From an uncultured Eubacteriales bacterium (lineage in GTDB: Bacteria; Bacillota; Clostridia; Oscillospirales; Oscillospiraceae): 64,000 nucleotides of DNA. The stretch lies in contig ONGR01000002.1 of the NCBI GenBank assembly GCA_900317425.1, positions 40,112 to 104,111 of the forward strand, in the 5' to 3' direction. The notes beneath the pieces were generated by a model. That model worked only from the letters and a program-made list of their open reading frames with translations. It was not told the DNA's origin and searched no databases. Every line of letters begins with the position of its first letter. Position 1 is the first letter of the stretch. The position numbers were made by a program, and so were the translations under genes. This document shows positions 57,665-64,000 of this stretch, piece after piece.

Positions 57665-58051
57665 ATGGAGGTCTTTCTTCGTGTAGCGGCGGTCTGCGTG
57701 GTGGGGGCGGTCCTGGCTGTTTTTCTGAAAAATGACAGTCCGGAATTGGGGCTTCTGCTGGCACTGGCCGTCTGCGCCGTGGTGATGATCGCCATGACCG
57801 GACCCATCAAGGACATACTGGATATGCTCCGCCAGATGATGGCCTGGAGCGGAATCGGCGCGGAGGTATTTGAACCGCTGGTGAAGATCGTGGGCATTGC
57901 ACTGATCTGCCGCATCGGAACAGAGCTCTGCCGGGATGCGGGGCAGGGCGCCATGGCCTCTCTGGTGGAGATGGGCGGTGCTTTTGGTGCCATCCTGATG
58001 GCCGTTCCCCTGTTCCGGGCCGTCTGGGAAATCTTACAATCGATGCTATGA
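57665..58051 (+). CDS. spoIIIAD: Stage III sporulation protein AD
   Basis: LVKIVGIALICRIGTELCRDAGQGAMASLVEMGG matches the SpoIIAD-type core of B. subtilis SpoIIIAD. Confidence 0.88.
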   Translation: MEVFLRVAAVCVVGAVLAVFLKNDSPELGLLLALAVCAVVMIAMTGPIKDILDMLRQMMAWSGIGAEVFEPLVKIVGIALICRIGTELCRDAGQGAMASLVEMGGAFGAILMAVPLFRAVWEILQSML

Positions 58052-59136
58052 GAATACGGTATGCAATCATATTCTGCGTTCTGCTGTTTTTGTCGGTGGA
58101 GACGGCCCACGCACAGATGATCCCGGGGGATCTGACGGACGCCCTTTCGCCGGAGGCGGAGCAGATCCTGGACAGCCTCGGCGACGGGAGTTACGACCAC
58201 AATACGCTGATGCGGGGACTGGGCCGTATCGGAGAGGCGGTGTGCCAGGGGGCTTTATCGCTCTTCCGGAGCAACGTCAACGGCGCGGTCCTACTGCTGG
58301 GCGTGGTGCTGCTTTGCAGCGTGATCGACGATATGCACCGTGCGGCGGACAGCGGTACCGAAAACTACGTCCCTCTGGCCGGCGCATTGGTGATCACCTT
58401 GATCGCCGCGGGCAGCCTTCGCTCCCTTATGGGTGTGGGTATGGAGACCATGGAGCAGCTGGACGTCTTTGCCAAGTCCCTGCTGCCGACCCTGGCAGCC
58501 GCGGTGGCCGCCGGGGGAGGAGTCGTATCCGCCAGCGTGCGGCAGATCCTCACCGTCATGTTTACCAATCTTCTGATCTCTGTGATCCGGCATCTTTTGC
58601 TGCCGATGGTCTATTGCTATGTGGCTGTGGCCGTGGCCAACGCGGTGCTGCCGGACCACGCCCTCAAGCGGCTGCAAAGCGGCATCGGAAAGGTGGTCAC
58701 AGGGGCACTGACTGGCCTTTTGGTGGTGTTTACCGCGTTTTTGACCCTGTCCGGGGCTGCGGGGACCGCCGCAGACGCCGCCGCTCTGCGGCTGACAAAG
58801 TCTGCCATTTCCGCCGCCGTGCCCGTGGTGGGGAGCATTATCGCCGACGCCACCGACAGCGTCCTGGCCAGCGCCGGTATTTTGAAAAGTGCCATCGGGG
58901 TGTTTGGCATGCTGGGCGTGCTGGCCATCTGCCTGACGCCGTTTCTGCATCTGGCAGTGCAGTACCTGCTCTATAAGCTGACGGCCTTTCTGGCGTCCAC
59001 GGTGGGGTCTGAGTCGCTGGTGGAGCTGATCGATTCCCTGGGCTCCGCCTTTGGGCTGCTGCTGGGCATGACCGGGACCTGTGCATTGCTGCTGCTGATC
59101 TCGGTGGCGTCCTCCGTTTCTGTGGTGGTGACGTGA
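58048..59136 (+). CDS. spoIIIAE: Stage III sporulation protein AE
   Basis: Signal peptide plus a polytopic membrane protein of about 360 aa. Operon position. Confidence 0.85.
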   Translation: MRIRYAIIFCVLLFLSVETAHAQMIPGDLTDALSPEAEQILDSLGDGSYDHNTLMRGLGRIGEAVCQGALSLFRSNVNGAVLLLGVVLLCSVIDDMHRAADSGTENYVPLAGALVITLIAAGSLRSLMGVGMETMEQLDVFAKSLLPTLAAAVAAGGGVVSASVRQILTVMFTNLLISVIRHLLLPMVYCYVAVAVANAVLPDHALKRLQSGIGKVVTGALTGLLVVFTAFLTLSGAAGTAADAAALRLTKSAISAAVPVVGSIIADATDSVLASAGILKSAIGVFGMLGVLAICLTPFLHLAVQYLLYKLTAFLASTVGSESLVELIDSLGSAFGLLLGMTGTCALLLLISVASSVSVVVT

Positions 59137-59600
59137 TGGAATTCTTTAGACAATGGCTGGTAGGGATCATCGGTGCGGCGCTGATTCTGACGGTTTTCTA
59201 CGCGATCATACCGGAGGGAAAGCTGCGCTCCATCGGAAAACTGGCGGGAAGTCTGATCCTGCTATTGGTACTGCTGCGTCCGCTGGTGCAATGGAGACCC
59301 GCATGGGATTTTTCCTACGAGGCCTATGCCGGACAGATCCAGAGGCAGATCAGTGAGCTGCAGGAGGAGAATGAGAAAAAAATGGAATCCATCATAGCAG
59401 ATCAGGTCGCCGCATATATTTCGGACAAAGGGGCGCAGTTGGGCGTCCACTGCTGCCCTGCGGTGTCAACAAAGCTCCGGGATGGGATCCCGTATCCGGA
59501 CACGGTCACAATGGACGTCCCCTTTCAGCAGGAGCTGGCGGACTATATCAGCCGTGAGCTGGGGATCCCCGTGGAGCGTCAGGTTTGGCAGGAGAGGTAG
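59133..59600 (+). CDS. spoIIIAF: Stage III sporulation protein AF
   Basis: Two N-terminal TM helices and a soluble C-domain. Operon position. Confidence 0.8.
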   Translation: MMEFFRQWLVGIIGAALILTVFYAIIPEGKLRSIGKLAGSLILLLVLLRPLVQWRPAWDFSYEAYAGQIQRQISELQEENEKKMESIIADQVAAYISDKGAQLGVHCCPAVSTKLRDGIPYPDTVTMDVPFQQELADYISRELGIPVERQVWQER

Positions 59601-59603
59601 GTC

Positions 59604-60122
59604 ATGCGGATCGTTGCATTTACAGAACTGTGGAAAAAGTATAAATTCGCCGGATTGATCGTACTGATCGGGGTGCTGCTGATGCTGCTGCCGTCGGGGA
59701 AAAAGACGACCGTCCAGCAGCAGTCCGCCGTCAGGGAGAGTGAGGAGGAGTTTTCTCTCTCCCGGACGGAGGAGAAGATGGAATCCATCCTCAGCCAGAT
59801 CGAGGGTGTGGGCAAGCTGCGGATCATGCTGACGCTGTCCCGCGGACCACAGCTGCAGCTGGCCGAGGATACGGACCGGAGTCTCGGCAGCGGCATGACC
59901 GGCGACAGCCGCAGCCGGCAGGAGACCGTGACGCTGAACCGCGGCAGCGGGTACCAGGAGGTGGTCGTCACCAACCAGGTCTATCCCGTCTACCAGGGTG
60001 CGGTGGTGGTATGCCAGGGTGCGGAGAACAGCGCCGTGCGTCTTGCTGTCACCGAGGCGGTGTCCGCGCTGACAGGCTTGAGCTCGGACAGAATATCAAT
60101 CGTCAAATGGAAAGAATCATAG
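59604..60122 (+). CDS. spoIIIAG: Stage III sporulation protein AG
   Basis: N-terminal TM. C-terminal YPVYQGAVVVCQGAENSAVRLAVTEAVSALTGLSSDRISIVK is the YscJ/FliF-like ring domain. Confidence 0.85.
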   Translation: MRIVAFTELWKKYKFAGLIVLIGVLLMLLPSGKKTTVQQQSAVRESEEEFSLSRTEEKMESILSQIEGVGKLRIMLTLSRGPQLQLAEDTDRSLGSGMTGDSRSRQETVTLNRGSGYQEVVVTNQVYPVYQGAVVVCQGAENSAVRLAVTEAVSALTGLSSDRISIVKWKES

Positions 60123-60134
60123 GAGGGAAGCAAC

Positions 60135-60707
60135 ATGAAAAAAATCTGGAAAAAACGGGCCGTGATCGCCAGCGTCGTGCTGTTGGTGGCCGCCGCGGTG
60201 TATCTGAACTGGCGCTACACCGACCAGGTGGCTGACAGCTCCAAGGTGCTGGGGGAGTCCACCCTGGTCAGCAGCGAGACAAAGGTGGATCAGACCAATC
60301 AGAATCAGCAGAACGATCAGGACAGTGCCGTGGTGGAGGAGACCGTCGCAGATGAAAGCAACTACTTTGCTACAGCACGATTGAGCCGCAAGCAGGCCCG
60401 TGACAGCGCCATCGGCATGCTGCAGGAGGCGGAGGTGGATGAAAACGCCGACGAGCAGACCCTCAACGCCGCCTCCCAGACGCTGCAGGTGCTGGCAGGC
60501 TATACCGTGGCCGAATCCCAGATCGAAAGTCTGGTCACCGCCAAGGGCTACAAGGACTGCGTGGCGTTTATGGGTGCCGATTCCATCAGCGTCGTCGTCT
60601 CTGACCCGGACGGCCTGGATACCGCCGACGTGGCGCGTATCAAGGATATCGTCATCAGCGAGACGAATTACACGCCGGAGCAGATCAAGATCGTGGAGGC
60701 AAATTAA
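60135..60707 (+). CDS. spoIIIAH: Stage III sporulation protein AH
   Basis: N-terminal TM, Q/N-rich linker, and C-terminal FATARLSRKQARDS...KGYKDCVAF... (SpoIIIAH-like). Confidence 0.85.
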   Translation: MKKIWKKRAVIASVVLLVAAAVYLNWRYTDQVADSSKVLGESTLVSSETKVDQTNQNQQNDQDSAVVEETVADESNYFATARLSRKQARDSAIGMLQEAEVDENADEQTLNAASQTLQVLAGYTVAESQIESLVTAKGYKDCVAFMGADSISVVVSDPDGLDTADVARIKDIVISETNYTPEQIKIVEAN

Positions 60708-60710
60708 CAG

Positions 60711-60739
60711 TTGTTTTTTCTGCGGGGAAATGGTATACT
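60711..60739 (+). promoter_or_regulatory. Sigma-A promoter (extended -10) for asp23-nusB-xseAB-ispA
   Basis: TTGTTT, 17 nt (ending in TGg), TATACT. Confidence 0.45.
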
Positions 60740-60789
60740 ATCCATACATGCGATACAAATGACAACGACAGTTAGGAGATATTCTGATC

Positions 60790-61149
60790 ATGGCTGAGAA
60801 CAGAGAATATATGGTCCGCCAGGAGGACATGGGCAACATCCAGATCGCCGAGGAGGTCGTGGCCAATCTCGCCACCGCTACGGCGATGGAGGTGGACGGT
60901 GTCGGCGGCCTGTTGAGCGGAAACATTCCCGATGCCAAAGGCAGTAAAAAGATGACGGCCAAGGGTGTCCGCGTGGATATGGAGGGCGACGCGCTGGTGA
61001 TCAATCTCTTCCTGATGATCCGCTACGGCTGCGAGATCGCCGACGTGGCCCGCAAGGTGCAGCAGTCCGTCTTTTCCACGCTGGAGGGTACCACCGGCTT
61101 CAAAATCGACTCGGTGAACGTCCACGTGGGCGGCATCAGCTTCAACTGA
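60790..61149 (+). CDS. Asp23/Gls24-family envelope stress protein
   Basis: IQIAEEVVANLATATAMEVDGVGGL and ...VNVHVGGISF are typical of the Asp23 family. Confidence 0.85.
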   Translation: MAENREYMVRQEDMGNIQIAEEVVANLATATAMEVDGVGGLLSGNIPDAKGSKKMTAKGVRVDMEGDALVINLFLMIRYGCEIADVARKVQQSVFSTLEGTTGFKIDSVNVHVGGISFN

Positions 61150-61183
61150 TCCCCGAAAACAGAGAGAAAAGGAATTTACACAT

Positions 61184-61633
61184 ATGACACGCAATACTGC
61201 CCGAGAGATCGCCACCCACCTGGTGTATGAGCTGAGCTTTACGGATTTGAGTGTTGAGGAGTTTCTGCAAGAGCGTCTGTCGGAGGAGAACTTCGCCGAT
61301 CTGGCGCCGGAATCCGAGCTCTATGTCCAGCTGCCCAACGCCAAGCAGAGGGATTACATCTGCCGCCTCGTCTCCGGCGTGGCGGAGCACGCAGCCGAGC
61401 TGGATGCCTATATCGAGAAATACGCCCAGGGCTGGCGGTTTGACCGTATCTCGCTGGTGGCCTCCGCCATCATGCGTGTGGCCATGTTCGAGATCCTCTA
61501 TATGCCGGAGATCCCCCACGGCGTGGCCATCAATGAGGCGGTCGAGATCGCGAAAAAGTACGAAACACCCGAGACGGTCCGCTTCCTCAACGGCATTCTG
61601 GGCAGCTTCGTGCGGCAGGAAATCAAAGACTGA
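61184..61633 (+). CDS. nusB: Transcription antitermination factor NusB
   Basis: REIATHLVYE..., RISLVASAIMRVAMFEILYMPEIPHGVAINEAVEIAKKY. Confidence 0.9.
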   Translation: MTRNTAREIATHLVYELSFTDLSVEEFLQERLSEENFADLAPESELYVQLPNAKQRDYICRLVSGVAEHAAELDAYIEKYAQGWRFDRISLVASAIMRVAMFEILYMPEIPHGVAINEAVEIAKKYETPETVRFLNGILGSFVRQEIKD

Positions 61634-61638
61634 TTTTG

Positions 61639-61670
61639 GCAGGCAGGGCGGACACCGCTCTGCCTGCTTT
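61639..61670 (+). terminator. Terminator/attenuator-like hairpin between nusB and xseA
   Basis: GCAGGCAGGGCG/CGCTCTGCCTGC (one mismatch) followed by TTTT. Confidence 0.45.
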
Positions 61671-61692
61671 TCCACTTTCTGGAGGTGAAAGA

Positions 61693-62892
61693 GTGGAGCA
61701 GCAGATCTACAGCGTATCCGAGATCAACGGCTTTATCAAAAATCTCATCGACGGTGTGCCGCAGCTGAACGGTGTGTTCATTCGCGGTGAGCTGTCCAAC
61801 TATAAGATCTATCCCTCCGGCCACCACTATTTCACGCTGAAGGACGGGGAGAGCGCCCTGCGGTGCGTGATGTTCAAGGGCTCGGCGATGAAACTGCGAT
61901 TTCGCCCCGAGAACGGCATGAAGGTCATTGCCTTCGGACGGATCAGCGTCTATCCGCGGGACGGCGCCTATCAACTCTACTGCTCGTCCCTGACGGCGGA
62001 CGGCATCGGCGATCTGCATATCGCCTTCGAGCAGCTGAAGGAGACGCTCTATCGGGAGGGCCTGTTTGACGAGAGTCACAAGAAGCCGCTTCCCCTCTAT
62101 CCCCAGCGGATCGCCATCGTCACGTCCTCCGCCGGGGCGGCGGTCCACGATATGATCCGCATCCTGCGCCGCCGGTATCCCATTGCCAAGGTGTTGCTGC
62201 TGCCCGTCCGGGTGCAGGGGGTGGAGGCGCCGCCGGAGATCGTCGGCGCCATTCGATACGCCAACCGCTGGCGTCTGGCGGACGTGCTGATCACGGGCCG
62301 CGGCGGCGGTTCGTTGGAGGACCTGTGGGCCTTCAACGACGAGCGGGTGGCCCGGGCCATTTACGACTCGGAGATCCCCGTGATCTCCGCCGTAGGCCAT
62401 GAGCCGGACGTGACCATCTCCGACTTTGTGGCGGACCGTCGGGCGTCCACTCCCTCCAACGCGGCGGAGATCGCGGTGCCTGACATGGCGGAGCTGCTGC
62501 GGTTCCTTCAAAATTCGGAGACCCGCATGGCGCAGGGGATGTTGAATCTGCTGGACCGGCAGGACAAGCGCCTGGAGACGCTGCGGAAAAAAAGGGTCCT
62601 GTCCGATCCCATGGCGTTTCTGCAGGATCGACGGCTCCAGCTGGATTACATCCAGCAGAAGCTGGCCGGCGCCGCCAGAGAACAGCTGGCGGGCGACACG
62701 AAGAAGTTTACACAGCTGACAGCAAAGCTGGATGCGCTGAGCCCGCTGAAGGTTTTGGGCCGGGGCTACGCCATGGCCCAGAGTGCCGACGGAACGGTGC
62801 TGCGCAGCAGCGAGCAGGTGGAGCCGGGCGACAGGATCCACGTCCGTCTGGCACAGGGCAGCCTGGACTGCACCGTGGAGAACAGGGAATAG
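61693..62892 (+). CDS. xseA: Exodeoxyribonuclease VII large subunit
   Basis: YSVSEINGFIKNLI, OB-fold N-terminus, GRGGGSLEDLWAFN, ISAVGHEPD. GTG 61693 sits after a GGAGGTG SD. Confidence 0.9.
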   Translation: MEQQIYSVSEINGFIKNLIDGVPQLNGVFIRGELSNYKIYPSGHHYFTLKDGESALRCVMFKGSAMKLRFRPENGMKVIAFGRISVYPRDGAYQLYCSSLTADGIGDLHIAFEQLKETLYREGLFDESHKKPLPLYPQRIAIVTSSAGAAVHDMIRILRRRYPIAKVLLLPVRVQGVEAPPEIVGAIRYANRWRLADVLITGRGGGSLEDLWAFNDERVARAIYDSEIPVISAVGHEPDVTISDFVADRRASTPSNAAEIAVPDMAELLRFLQNSETRMAQGMLNLLDRQDKRLETLRKKRVLSDPMAFLQDRRLQLDYIQQKLAGAAREQLAGDTKKFTQLTAKLDALSPLKVLGRGYAMAQSADGTVLRSSEQVEPGDRIHVRLAQGSLDCTVENRE

Positions 62893-62904
62893 GAGGACGA
62901 AGAA

Positions 62905-63138
62905 ATGGCAAAGATAAAGACGTTTGAAGAGAATATGCAGCGCCTGGAGGAGATCGTGGACCGATTGGAGAAGGGCGATGCCCAGCTCGGCGATTCCCTT
63001 GCACTTTTCGAGGAGGGAACGCATCTGGTGGCGGCCTGCCGCAAGGAACTGGATAAGGCCGAGCAGCAGGTGGTCAAGCTGATGAAGGGAAGCGACGGCG
63101 CCCCCATCGAGAGCGATTTCCTGACGGAGGAAGAATAA
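62905..63138 (+). CDS. xseB: Exodeoxyribonuclease VII small subunit
   Basis: FEENMQRLEEIVDRLEKGD..LGDSLALFEEG. Confidence 0.9.
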   Translation: MAKIKTFEENMQRLEEIVDRLEKGDAQLGDSLALFEEGTHLVAACRKELDKAEQQVVKLMKGSDGAPIESDFLTEEE

Positions 63139-64000
63139 TGGATTTTGAAACGCAATACGCCGCCTATCAGGCGGCCATCGAGGCGTATCTGAACCGCCTT
63201 TTTACAGCGGAAAAGCCCTATGGAAAGCTGTACGAGGCCATTCGTTACAGCCTGCTCTCCGGCGGTAAGCGCATTCGCCCCGTATTGACGCTGGAGTTTG
63301 CCCGTTTGGGCGGTACGGACTGGCATCTTGCCCTGCCGTATGCCTGCGCCCTGGAATTGATGCATAACTACAGCCTGATCCACGACGACCTGCCCTGCAT
63401 GGATGATGACGATCTCCGCCGGGGCAGACCCACCAACCATAAGGTCTACGGTGAGTCGCTGGCCGTTCTGGCAGGCGACGCCCTGCAGCCGGAGGCGTTT
63501 CGGTTGATCGCGCAGGCCCCGATGATGTCCGCCGAGAATCGGCTGGAGGCCATTCAGGTACTCTGCCGCGCCTGCGGCGCCGACGGCATGGTGGCAGGCC
63601 AGGTGCTGGACACCGTCTGTGACGTGGCGGACGAGGACGGCCTGCGGGAGCTGAACCGGCTCAAAACGGGCGTGATGATCTCCGCCGCCGTGGAACTGGG
63701 CTGTGTAGCGGCCAAGATGCCCACCACCATGCGGATGCAGGCACTGGAATACGCCGCGCAGCTGGGACTTGCCTTCCAGATCCAGGACGATATCCTGGAC
63801 GTGACGGGGGATGAAGCCGTGTTCGGCAAGCCTATCGGCTCCGACCGGGAGGAAGGGAAAATCACCTTTGTGGATCTGAAGGGGATCGACGGCTGCCGCA
63901 AAGAGGTGGCGGACTGCACGGCCAGAGCCAAGGCGGCCATTGCCAGCTGGGGTGACCGGATGTTCCTGCTGGAACTGGCCGATCAGCTGGTCAGCCGGGA
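63138..64000 (+). CDS. ispA: Polyprenyl (farnesyl/geranylgeranyl) diphosphate synthase, 3' end beyond window
   Basis: Not on the ORF track because there is no stop in the window. ATG 63138 overlaps the xseB TAA. GGKRIRP, FARM LIHDDLPCMDDDDLRRGRPTNH and SARM FQIQDDILD motifs. Confidence 0.88.
   Translation, partial: MDFETQYAAYQAAIEAYLNRLFTAEKPYGKLYEAIRYSLLSGGKRIRPVLTLEFARLGGTDWHLALPYACALELMHNYSLIHDDLPCMDDDDLRRGRPTNHKVYGESLAVLAGDALQPEAFRLIAQAPMMSAENRLEAIQVLCRACGADGMVAGQVLDTVCDVADEDGLRELNRLKTGVMISAAVELGCVAAKMPTTMRMQALEYAAQLGLAFQIQDDILDVTGDEAVFGKPIGSDREEGKITFVDLKGIDGCRKEVADCTARAKAAIASWGDRMFLLELADQLVSR

Overview
GC-rich Firmicutes (Clostridia-type) chromosomal core from a spore-former. It carries about 70 densely packed genes, and I saw no transposase, integrase, CRISPR array, tRNA or rRNA. 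Gene order, left to right:
- cysteine desulfurase (5' partial), cdaA-cdaR, and an rseC-like/DUF5685/J-domain trio
- yicC-remA-gmk-rpoZ-priA-def-fmt-rsmB-rlmN-stp-prkC-rsgA
- a small-ORF pair that includes an unlisted spoVM, then a SipL-like SPOCS/LysM gene
- RNase P RNA on the minus strand
- murD-yunB-ligA and a GH13 gene remnant
- butyryl-CoA:acetate CoA-transferase-like gene, then a lipoprotein barnase plus barstar
- T-box leader and valS
- spoIIAA-spoIIAB-sigF
- minus-strand radical-SAM/TIGR03915 DNA-repair pair behind a LexA-box promoter, led by a 38-codon membrane ORF
- pcrA, GNAT, rpmB
- hprK-glcK-murB-rapZ-yvcK-whiA-(C_GCAxxG_C_C)-dnaE
- an orphan Cys-containing ORF
- a six-gene minus-strand shikimate operon with two fusion genes
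- a DUF3048 lipoprotein and a DUF4364 gene
- spoIIIAA-AH, then asp23-nusB-xseA-xseB-ispA (3' partial)

I found no clear-cut novel multi-gene system. The observations most worth a second look are:
- the SOS-controlled operon headed by an unannotated small membrane peptide
- the spoVM / coupled small ORF / hairpin / sipL-like module
- a T9 tract that frameshifts the signal peptide of an otherwise intact barnase
- unusual domain fusions: CM-AroB, AroE-AroK, and a pilin-like domain joined to DUF3048

All calls rest on reading the translations and motifs by eye. No database search was run.
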